A stretch of DNA of 28,982 nt from an uncultured virus (IMG/VR IMGVR_UViG_3300032270_000884) (lineage: Duplodnaviria > Heunggongvirae > Uroviricota > Caudoviricetes): IMG/VR virus record IMGVR_UViG_3300032270_000884, one strand, 5' to 3'. A program made the translations under genes and the position numbers. The notes below the pieces were generated by a model. That model saw nothing but the letters and a program-made list of their open reading frames with translations, was not told where the DNA came from and did not search any database. Of the stretch, positions 1-6,684 are shown piece after piece; within the stretch, counting starts at the first letter, position 1; each line of letters opens with the position of its first letter.

Positions 1-2592
1 ACTTCTCAGCCACCTGTCGATCCGACTCCCGGTTCAAGTCAGACAAGTGATCAGGGTTCAACAACCCAGCCTGATACAACTTCCACGTCTTCGCCCTCGG
101 GTAATCCTGTTGTCCAGACACAATCCGATCCACAGTCTCAGACGCCCACTTCTGGTTCTTCTCAGCAATCCGATCCAAATCAATCTGGTACATCTGGTTC
201 TTCGACTTCAAGTTCTTCATCTCCTGCTCAGACTTCTCCAGAGCCTCAACCATCCCCTTCGCCGACTCCAACAAGTTCTGATTCTGGCGTAAGCGGTTCT
301 CAGTCTGTTCAATCAACCACTCAAGATCCTTCACCTGCGCCCGTGCAACCGACAGGGCCAACAACAGATTCTCCAACAGTTACCTCCATTCAAACAAAGA
401 TAGACAGTGCAACTGTAACATTGACAACATCTGTGAGCGCCGCAAATCCTACAGCAGTTTTAGAAGCAACAGTACAAGTCACAGAAGCACAGACAGCAAT
501 TACAACCGCTCAAACAGCCTTGTCTACAGCCACTACAGCAGTCGCAGCCGTAGATACTCAAACAGCAGTAGTAACGCAAGCCGTTACTAACGTAGATTCA
601 GCTACAGTAGTAGTGGCTACAGCAACTACAAACTTAAGTAATGCTCAAGCTGATCTCTCTACAGCTCAAACAGTAGCAACAACAGCTCAGGCTGCTGCTG
701 ATGCCTCAGGCGTTATTACAACCGCACCTGGTCTTGCTGTAAAGGTTTATAACGTTCAAGGTCAAAATAATGCTCCAGTATTACCACAAGGCGCAACACC
801 TATCCACACAGCAGTTGACACTAACGGTATCAATGAAAACTGGGGAAGCGGTAACGTAGCTGGTTCTAATCGTTCAGAGGATGTAATTGTTACTTATGAA
901 GGACAAGTTACTGCACCAAATGGTGTTAATAGCATTCGTTTTTTAACTTACTCTGATGACGGAGCAAGAATCTATATAGATAACGTACTAGTAGTTGATA
1001 GATGGGTGGACCAGGGGCCTACCTGGAGCACCGCAAGTCAGTGGCTTGATTTTACTAACGACAGAACTAAAGACATTGCAGTGTGGTATTACGAAAATGG
1101 TGGTGGTGCAACCCTTCATTTAGGTTGGCAACACAGCGGTATTCATACTGGCGTAGGCGCTGAGTACTTATCACATACAACAACTACTCAAGACCCAGCA
1201 TTAGTTGCTGCTGCTGCTACAGCAGTTGCTGCTGTGCCTGTAGCAGAAGCAGTTGTTACAGATAAGACGCAAGTGAAAGAAGTAGCAGAGACAGAACTTG
1301 CAACAGCTCAGACCACATTAACAACAGAGACTCAAACATTAACTACCCTCCAATCAACGGCTAGTACGGCACTTACTACAGCAAATGAATTAGCAAACAC
1401 GGCTACTACAAAAGTAGTTACTGCTGTTTCCGCAATTCAAGCGTACGTTCCACCCGCACCCGCACCAGAGCCTGCACCAGAGCCTGCGCCTGCGCCGCAG
1501 CCAACCCCAACGCCTGCGCCTGAACCTGCGCCTGTGCCAACACCTGCTCCTGAGCCTGCTCCAGAGCCAACACCTGCGCCCGAGCCTGCTCCAGAGCCGA
1601 CTCCAGAGCCTGAACCACCTGTGGCAATTCCTGATCCTGAACCGACACCTACTGAGCCACCCACAGAAGAGCCATTACCACCCACAGAACCCCAACCAGA
1701 ACCGGTAGAGCCTGAAGCGCCACCCGTAGAGCCCGAGGCGCCTCTGGAACCTTCCATACCCGAGGAACCAGCACCAGAACCAGAGTCACCAGCGCCAGAG
1801 CCAGAAAATCCGTCAGAAGAATCACAACAACCTCCAATTGAGGAACCACCAGCAGAAGAACCTCCTGCTGAAGAACCGCCTGCCGAGGAACCTCCCGCTG
1901 AGGAACCACCTGCGGAAGAATCTACACCACCAGAAGAACCACCTGCAACTCCTGAAGAAGCAGTTGCAGAGTCTGTAGACGAGGCACTTTCTGATGGAAA
2001 GCTTTCTGAGGCTGATGCTGATGCAATCATGGAATCTTTAAGCGCTGATGGAGAAGTTACAGCCGAAGAAGTGTCTGCGCTTTCTGATGCGCTGTCTGAA
2101 GATGGAAAACTAACTACAGCCGAAAAAGAACTTGTTGCTGAAGCCTTGATTGAATCAGTGGCTCCAGGAGAGACTCTTACTAAAGAACAAATTCAAGATG
2201 CTGGTATTGAGTATAAAGACCTACCAGCGGAGACCCCAGTTGAGGTTAGGCAGGATGAAAACGGTAACGAAGTTATAATTACAGCAGACGTAGCTGCGGC
2301 TCTAGTTTTACTAGAGAACCCTTCAGAATTAATTGGCGCAATCTTTAGCGATCCAGGGGAAGCACTACAAGCACTAGGAAGTATTGGTGCCGATATGTCC
2401 GCTGAAGAACGTGAAGAAGCAACCGACATGGTTGTTGCAACTGTTGTTGCTGCAGGTGCCGCTATGAATGCTGTAGGCGCTGCCGCTGGTGCTGCGGGTG
2501 GTTCATCCACTGGTGGTTCTGGTGGGGGAGGAAGTTCTGGAGGCGGAGGCGCTTCTGGAGAATCAAAAGGAGTCAGGAGAAGGAAACCGTGA
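1..2592 (+). CDS. 5'-truncated large protein: Ser/Thr/Gln-rich region, Ala/Thr helical stalk, PA14 domain, Pro/Glu-rich linker, hydrophobic and basic C-terminus
   Basis: Frame 1 is open from base 1 (TSQPPVDPTPGSSQ...) into the 343..2592 ORF, so the true start lies upstream of the window. PA14 motifs at ~730-1170 (GLAVKVY, INENWG, YSDDGARIYID, WYYENGGGA). C-terminus MVVATVVAAGAAMNAVGAAA...GVRRRKP. Confidence 0.85.
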   Translation, partial: TSQPPVDPTPGSSQTSDQGSTTQPDTTSTSSPSGNPVVQTQSDPQSQTPTSGSSQQSDPNQSGTSGSSTSSSSSPAQTSPEPQPSPSPTPTSSDSGVSGSQSVQSTTQDPSPAPVQPTGPTTDSPTVTSIQTKIDSATVTLTTSVSAANPTAVLEATVQVTEAQTAITTAQTALSTATTAVAAVDTQTAVVTQAVTNVDSATVVVATATTNLSNAQADLSTAQTVATTAQAAADASGVITTAPGLAVKVYNVQGQNNAPVLPQGATPIHTAVDTNGINENWGSGNVAGSNRSEDVIVTYEGQVTAPNGVNSIRFLTYSDDGARIYIDNVLVVDRWVDQGPTWSTASQWLDFTNDRTKDIAVWYYENGGGATLHLGWQHSGIHTGVGAEYLSHTTTTQDPALVAAAATAVAAVPVAEAVVTDKTQVKEVAETELATAQTTLTTETQTLTTLQSTASTALTTANELANTATTKVVTAVSAIQAYVPPAPAPEPAPEPAPAPQPTPTPAPEPAPVPTPAPEPAPEPTPAPEPAPEPTPEPEPPVAIPDPEPTPTEPPTEEPLPPTEPQPEPVEPEAPPVEPEAPLEPSIPEEPAPEPESPAPEPENPSEESQQPPIEEPPAEEPPAEEPPAEEPPAEEPPAEESTPPEEPPATPEEAVAESVDEALSDGKLSEADADAIMESLSADGEVTAEEVSALSDALSEDGKLTTAEKELVAEALIESVAPGETLTKEQIQDAGIEYKDLPAETPVEVRQDENGNEVIITADVAAALVLLENPSELIGAIFSDPGEALQALGSIGADMSAEEREEATDMVVATVVAAGAAMNAVGAAAGAAGGSSTGGSGGGGSSGGGGASGESKGVRRRKP
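1450..1950 (+). repeat. Coding low-complexity repeats: (PAPE/PTPA)n followed by (EEPPA)n
   Basis: Visible in the translation and in the DNA (cctgcaccagag-type units; gaagaacctcctgct-type 15-mers). Confidence 0.9.
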
Positions 2593-2759
2593 GAATCATC
2601 AGAGACATGATTGACCAACTATGGACGCTGCTAGGCATGTTTATTGCTTGGGTAGTTCTTGATGGTTCTGCAAAAACAATTGTGGGGTACGCAATTGTAG
2701 GAACACTATTTGCGTGGGCAGTTACCTACCCACTACGCAACCCAAAGGACGACGAATGA
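2589..2759 (+). CDS. 56-aa two-TM membrane protein (not in ORF track)
   Basis: GTG overlaps the upstream TGA (GTGA). Translates MRIIRDMIDQLWTLLGMFIAWVVLDGSAKTIVGYAIVGTLFAWAVTYPLRNPKDDE. Its stop overlaps the next ATG (ATGA). Confidence 0.8.
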   Translation: MRIIRDMIDQLWTLLGMFIAWVVLDGSAKTIVGYAIVGTLFAWAVTYPLRNPKDDE

Positions 2760-2962
2760 AAAAAATTACATGTGGATTAGCCGCATTACTATTGACTCTG
2801 TCACTAACTAGTTGCGGATACAGCGGTTTCTTCAGATATCCTTGCCAAGACCCAAAAAACTGGGAAACAGCAGAATGTAAGCCCCCTATCTGTACTGCAA
2901 CTCAGACTTGTCCTGTAGACTTAGTAAAGACCCCTCAACCAGAAGGAACACCAAATGGCTAA
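2756..2962 (+). CDS. Small Cys-rich lipoprotein
   Basis: ATG 2756 gives MKKITCGLAALLLTLSLTS-C, a signal peptide II with lipobox LTSC. The mature part has 4 further Cys. Confidence 0.8.
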   Translation: MKKITCGLAALLLTLSLTSCGYSGFFRYPCQDPKNWETAECKPPICTATQTCPVDLVKTPQPEGTPNG

Positions 2963-3362
2963 AGAAAGATTAACGGCGCAAGATTTAGATGCTAGATTAA
3001 AGTTTATTCTAGGCATCACGCTTGGAACAATTCTATTGTGCACATCTCTAGGTATTCTTTACGGTCTTTTATTTGTAACACAGCCTATTGGGGCCCAGTC
3101 AGAAAACGACAAGATGTTCTTTAACGTCTTGGGAAGCATTGCTACTTTTATTACAGGAACCCTCGCTGGTATTTTAATTGGATCTTCTGGCGCTAAAGAT
3201 GTTATGGCAGCCCAGCTATCAAACAAAGAGATGGACGCTAAAAACACAGCGGCCGATAAAAAGCTTGAAGCAGAAATTGATGCTACTGCAGCACGTCTTG
3301 CAGCAAAGCCATCTGGTGCAATGCCAGAAGAACAACCAGTGGATACTGATTGGGATAAGTAA
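2955..3362 (+). CDS. Two-TM membrane protein with charged C-terminal tail (possibly holin-like)
   Basis: Hydrophobic segments FILGITLGTILLCTSLGILYGLLFV and FFNVLGSIATFITGTLAGILIG; AAGGA RBS upstream. Confidence 0.75.
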   Translation: MAKERLTAQDLDARLKFILGITLGTILLCTSLGILYGLLFVTQPIGAQSENDKMFFNVLGSIATFITGTLAGILIGSSGAKDVMAAQLSNKEMDAKNTAADKKLEAEIDATAARLAAKPSGAMPEEQPVDTDWDK

Positions 3363-3440
3363 TTGAACTGGATACAGGCATCAATTATTTTTGGGCCCGT
3401 AATAATCGTACTCATTGCATTTTGGAAGGATATTAAATAA
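3363..3440 (+). CDS. Putative 25-aa single-TM peptide (not in ORF track)
   Basis: TTG directly after the previous TAA; MNWIQASIIFGPVIIVLIAFWKDIK; stop overlaps the CHAP start (TAATG). It exactly fills the gap. Confidence 0.55.
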   Translation: MNWIQASIIFGPVIIVLIAFWKDIK

Positions 3441-3991
3441 TGGCAGATCAAGGCACAGCAGCTCGTTTTATTGAGGTTGCTACAGCGGAACTAGGAACTA
3501 TTGAAGGCCCTAAAGATAACGAAACAAAGTACGGAGCTTACACAAAGGCTAACTTCCAACCCTGGTGTGGAAGTTTCGTTAACTGGTGTGCAAACGAGGC
3601 TGGGGTAAAAATCCCTAACACTGTTTACACTCCAGGTGGTGCACAGGCATTTAAGAAGGCTGGGCAGTGGATTGATGGAGACCTTGCTGATCCAGAACCA
3701 GGTGATGTCGTTTATTTTGATTTCCCGTCAGATGGTGTCGACCGGATCAGTCACGTAGGAATTGTTGTTAAAGACAATGAAGATGGAACTGTTTGGTGTA
3801 TTGAAGGAAATACGTCTTCAAAGAAGTCTGGGAGCCAACGAAATGGCGGAGAAGTGTGTAAACAACTTCGTGCTTTTAAAAAGAACAAGGCTGGCGTTAT
3901 GGTTTCAATTGTTGGGTTTGGTCGCCCAAAGTTCGGTAAAGCACCAGCAAAGAAAGAATCTTCCGACAAATGCCCGACTTGCGGTAAATAA
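3440..3991 (+). CDS. CHAP-domain peptidoglycan hydrolase (endolysin-like)
   Basis: PWCGSFVNWC (catalytic Cys), PGDVVYF, SHVGIV (catalytic His), IEGNT; AAGGA RBS. Confidence 0.88.
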   Translation: MADQGTAARFIEVATAELGTIEGPKDNETKYGAYTKANFQPWCGSFVNWCANEAGVKIPNTVYTPGGAQAFKKAGQWIDGDLADPEPGDVVYFDFPSDGVDRISHVGIVVKDNEDGTVWCIEGNTSSKKSGSQRNGGEVCKQLRAFKKNKAGVMVSIVGFGRPKFGKAPAKKESSDKCPTCGK

Positions 3992-4731
3992 TGAAAACTA
4001 CGGACTACGAATCCCCTAAGCTTCGCATTGTTGAAGACTTTGTATCAAAAGAAGACTGTGATTGGTTTGTTAACTACGTAACAGAAAAGAACCTGTGGGC
4101 GTATAACAACGCTAAGGCTGGAGATTTTCCAGACAAAATGGATTACGACATGGTTGCCAAGCAATGGGATAACCGTAAAGTTGAATTTAATAGCCTTTAC
4201 GCTAGTAAGGAACAGCCAGAACTACTAAGCCACGCTTACCCAATTATGCGACGTGCCAAAGAGCAAGTTGCTGATTTCTTTAAGGTAGAGGACTCTTCGT
4301 TTCAACTAGAGAGTTGGGAGTCGGTTCGTTGGTACAACCCATACCACCAAGGTCCACATATCGACTACATTGATAAAGACTTTGACAGAACTCAACTACC
4401 TGCTGATTATGACGCTTCATTCTTTACACCAGAAGAAGAAGATATGTACAAGCGCCATTGCACAACAAAGCACTACACGGGCATGATCTATATGAATGAA
4501 GATTTTGAAGGAGGGGAACTTTATTTCCCTAAGCACGATAACTTTGAGATTAGACCCAAGCCCGGCATGCTGGTTATATTTAGCGGAAACATCTTTAATC
4601 CACACGGTATTCGACAGATTACTAGCGGAACCCGCTACGTACACACCACCTTTTGGACAAAAGGGCAGAATAAAAACTGGCAAGTTGGATACGAAGAAAG
4701 CCTAGGCAAGCTAGACAAATTCTGGCTATAA
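3991..4731 (+). CDS. 2OG-Fe(II) oxygenase, prolyl 4-hydroxylase-like
   Basis: HID metal motif, YMNEDFEGGELYF, PKPGMLVIF, HGIRQITSGTRY (distal His and 2OG-binding Arg). Confidence 0.88.
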   Translation: MKTTDYESPKLRIVEDFVSKEDCDWFVNYVTEKNLWAYNNAKAGDFPDKMDYDMVAKQWDNRKVEFNSLYASKEQPELLSHAYPIMRRAKEQVADFFKVEDSSFQLESWESVRWYNPYHQGPHIDYIDKDFDRTQLPADYDASFFTPEEEDMYKRHCTTKHYTGMIYMNEDFEGGELYFPKHDNFEIRPKPGMLVIFSGNIFNPHGIRQITSGTRYVHTTFWTKGQNKNWQVGYEESLGKLDKFWL

Positions 4732-4732
4732 T
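4727..4732 (+). promoter_or_regulatory. -10 element (TATAAT) for hsp20
   Basis: Consensus TATAAT ~57 nt upstream of the hsp20 ATG. Confidence 0.6.
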
Positions 4733-4737
4733 ATATT

Positions 4738-4791
4738 TAGGTCGCCAACCGGGACCTATTTAACTTATATCGTCTAAGGAGATATAAAATG
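4738..4791 (+). promoter_or_regulatory. Structured 5'UTR, candidate ROSE-like RNA thermometer
   Basis: Hairpin 1 is TAGGTC(4738-43)/GACCTA(4753-58). Hairpin 2 is TTATATC-G-TC/GA-GATATAA (4765-4787), which pairs part of the AGGAG SD opposite a bulged G. Confidence 0.55.
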
Positions 4792-5298
4792 GCTTCAGGC
4801 ATTCCAAATTACAGTCCAACATCAACTTGGCCCCACGAACAATTCAGTAAGTACCCAAAGGGCCTTCCAGAACCATCACCCAAACTAATGACTCTGCAAC
4901 AACTAATGAGTGATCAGTTTTTCTTGGGATTCGATGAACAGATCAAACGGTGGAACTCACTCACATCTACAAAGGTTGTGACATTTCCTCCCTACAATTT
5001 AATCAAGTCAGATGATGACCACTACACGGTAGAACTTGCCGTGGCTGGGTACTCTAAAGAAGACATCGAGATTACTGTTGAGAAAGACCTTCTTACAGTA
5101 AAGAGCGTTGCTACTGAAGAACAGACCACAGATACCGTCCTTCATCGGGGCATTGCTAAGCGCCAGTGGACCCAGAAGTTTGTGTTGGGAGAGTGGTTCT
5201 CTATTAAGGGGGCGACCCTTGTTGACGGGCTTTTGACCATTAAAGTCGAGCGAGAAGTCCCAGAAGAGTTAAAACCAAAAGTTATCAAAATAAAGTAA
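4789..5298 (+). CDS. hsp20: Small heat-shock protein (Hsp20/alpha-crystallin family)
   Basis: FPPYNLIK, YTVELAVAGYSKEDIEI, LHRGIAKR, ATLVDGLLTI, PKVIKI C-terminal IxI motif; AAGGAG RBS. Confidence 0.95.
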   Translation: MASGIPNYSPTSTWPHEQFSKYPKGLPEPSPKLMTLQQLMSDQFFLGFDEQIKRWNSLTSTKVVTFPPYNLIKSDDDHYTVELAVAGYSKEDIEITVEKDLLTVKSVATEEQTTDTVLHRGIAKRQWTQKFVLGEWFSIKGATLVDGLLTIKVEREVPEELKPKVIKIK

Positions 5299-5303
5299 TA
5301 AAT

Positions 5304-5331
5304 GGACCTGAGCATGTCCTTAAACTGCTCA
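5304..5331 (+). other. Compact H-type RNA pseudoknot just after the hsp20 stop
   Basis: GGAC(5304-07)/GTCC(5316-19) and TGAGCA(5309-14)/TGCTCA(5326-31) are perfect, interleaved stems. Confidence 0.6.
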
Positions 5332-5338
5332 TATTATC

Positions 5339-5347
5339 TGTGATAAT
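5339..5347 (+). promoter_or_regulatory. Extended -10 (TGtGATAAT) for a probably leaderless gene
   Basis: Ends 6 nt before ATG 5354, which has no SD. Confidence 0.5.
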
Positions 5348-5353
5348 TACAGC

Positions 5354-5878
5354 ATGACAAAAATGAAAGGCAGCTTTGGATTCAGCGCCAAAGTCTCTAG
5401 CGGCAACTCTGCTGGATTTTCTAACATACCTGGTGCCGGAAACTACACCGTAACCGTAGGTAAGCAATTCCTTTCTGGTTGGAATAAAGAAAAAAATAAA
5501 ACAAAACCCGGTAAGCCAAAGGGTGAAACAATTCAAGATCCAGTCAAGACTCCAGATAAGCCAATAAAACCACCCAGCAATACTAAAGGTAAAGACGCAA
5601 CGACCGCCGATGTTGAAGAGGCAGTGTCTAAAGGGTTTATTACTCCAGAAGAAGCCACTGGTGGCGAGTGGGGTAAAGATATGGGTCTAAGTAAAACTTA
5701 TCAAAGAAAGTTTGCTGCTAACGCTGCTGGAAATGGCGGAACAAATATTGGTAAACAATTTACAGGTGTTCGAGCTGGTCAAGCAATCCCAGATCAGTCT
5801 CAAGGAGCTATGAACTACGATAAAGCTCCAGACACCCGACCTGGTGTAGGCGCAGTAAATCTGGACGATGTTAAGTGA
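5354..5878 (+). CDS. Hypothetical Lys/Gly-rich protein
   Basis: 174-aa ORF containing an internal GKQF repeat; no family recognised. Confidence 0.7.
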   Translation: MTKMKGSFGFSAKVSSGNSAGFSNIPGAGNYTVTVGKQFLSGWNKEKNKTKPGKPKGETIQDPVKTPDKPIKPPSNTKGKDATTADVEEAVSKGFITPEEATGGEWGKDMGLSKTYQRKFAANAAGNGGTNIGKQFTGVRAGQAIPDQSQGAMNYDKAPDTRPGVGAVNLDDVK

Positions 5879-5973
5879 GAGATAGAGAATTTCGTGATGC
5901 TTTGACCCGCGCTAATGGTGCGGTAAAGGGCGAAGAAACAAACGCCATTCAATGGGATCGTTTTAACCCATGA
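5875..5973 (+). CDS. Putative 32-aa peptide (not in ORF track)
   Basis: GTGA overlap upstream and ATGA overlap downstream; MRDREFRDALTRANGAVKGEETNAIQWDRFNP. Confidence 0.5.
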   Translation: MRDREFRDALTRANGAVKGEETNAIQWDRFNP

Positions 5974-6134
5974 GAAAGGCGGAGTTTAAAGAGGGTAAGT
6001 TAAGAAATGACGAGCCAAAGATGATTGACTCCCGTTTTGGAATACGCCCTAGGTATGCAAGTCCAAATGAACTTCCTAGCATTTTTTCCTACACTCAACC
6101 AGGAAAAGGTGTTCAAGGGGAGCACCAAAACTAA
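5970..6134 (+). CDS. Putative 54-aa hypothetical protein (not in ORF track)
   Basis: ATGA-coupled; MRKAEFKEGKLRNDEPKMIDSRFGIRPRYASPNELPSIFSYTQPGKGVQGEHQN. Confidence 0.55.
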   Translation: MRKAEFKEGKLRNDEPKMIDSRFGIRPRYASPNELPSIFSYTQPGKGVQGEHQN

Positions 6135-6193
6135 TTTAGCAAGATTCGGGTACTCTTATAGCGTATCTTGGTGTTGCCTAAGAAAGGACCAAT

Positions 6194-6529
6194 ATGGCTT
6201 CTTATATTTCTAAGAAAATGACCAGCCCAACTCAGTTGGGTACTTCGGCATCTACTGTTTACACAGTTGGAGCAGGCGTTACCGCTACCGTAAAAGAGAT
6301 CTTAGTAGCAAACGTTTCTGGCTCATCTTCCTCAGTTTCTATTCATTTTGTTAATAGCGGCGGTATTGCGTCTTCTTCTAACTTACTATTCCCAGCTGTA
6401 GGTATTTCCGCTAACTCATCCCTTGCTTTTGACGTTAATCAAGTCCTAGACGCTGGTTCTACTATCCAAGCATTCGCTGGAAACGCAAGCGCTGTAAACA
6501 TTATGATTTCTGGATTTGAGGCCTCGTAA
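6194..6529 (+). CDS. Small beta-rich virion/fibre-associated protein
   Basis: AAGGA RBS; TVYTV...ILVAN...VSIHFV...ISGFE pattern, similar to 26078..26410. Confidence 0.7.
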   Translation: MASYISKKMTSPTQLGTSASTVYTVGAGVTATVKEILVANVSGSSSSVSIHFVNSGGIASSSNLLFPAVGISANSSLAFDVNQVLDAGSTIQAFAGNASAVNIMISGFEAS

Positions 6530-6669
6530 TGTCTAGAGGAACTCGCGTATGGGGACCTACAATTGTCACAGATAACACTGACGGTCGCCGAAACATTTTT
6601 GCATCTACATCTGCCCCATCTAACAGCAATGGCCGTGACGGAGATATCTGGCTCACTTATACAGCGTAA
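6529..6669 (+). CDS. 46-aa fibre-motif peptide (not in ORF track)
   Basis: TAATG overlap; MSRGTRVWGPTIVTDNTDGRRNIFASTSAPSNSNGRDGDIWLTYTA, with an AP...G.DGDIW motif typical of phage fibre proteins. Confidence 0.7.
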   Translation: MSRGTRVWGPTIVTDNTDGRRNIFASTSAPSNSNGRDGDIWLTYTA

Positions 6670-6684
6670 TTTAGGAGACCAGAC

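Noticed and set aside
47..292. 81-aa ORF, and a start at 343 for the PA14 protein
   Set aside because: Frame 1 is open from base 1, so 47..292 is a shadow frame and 343 is an internal GTG.
1418..2618. Minus-strand Gly/Ser-rich ORFs
   Set aside because: Antisense shadows of Pro-rich coding repeats.
6025..6213. 62-aa TTG-start ORF
   Set aside because: It overlaps the better-coupled 5970..6134 ORF and the intergenic signals before 6194.
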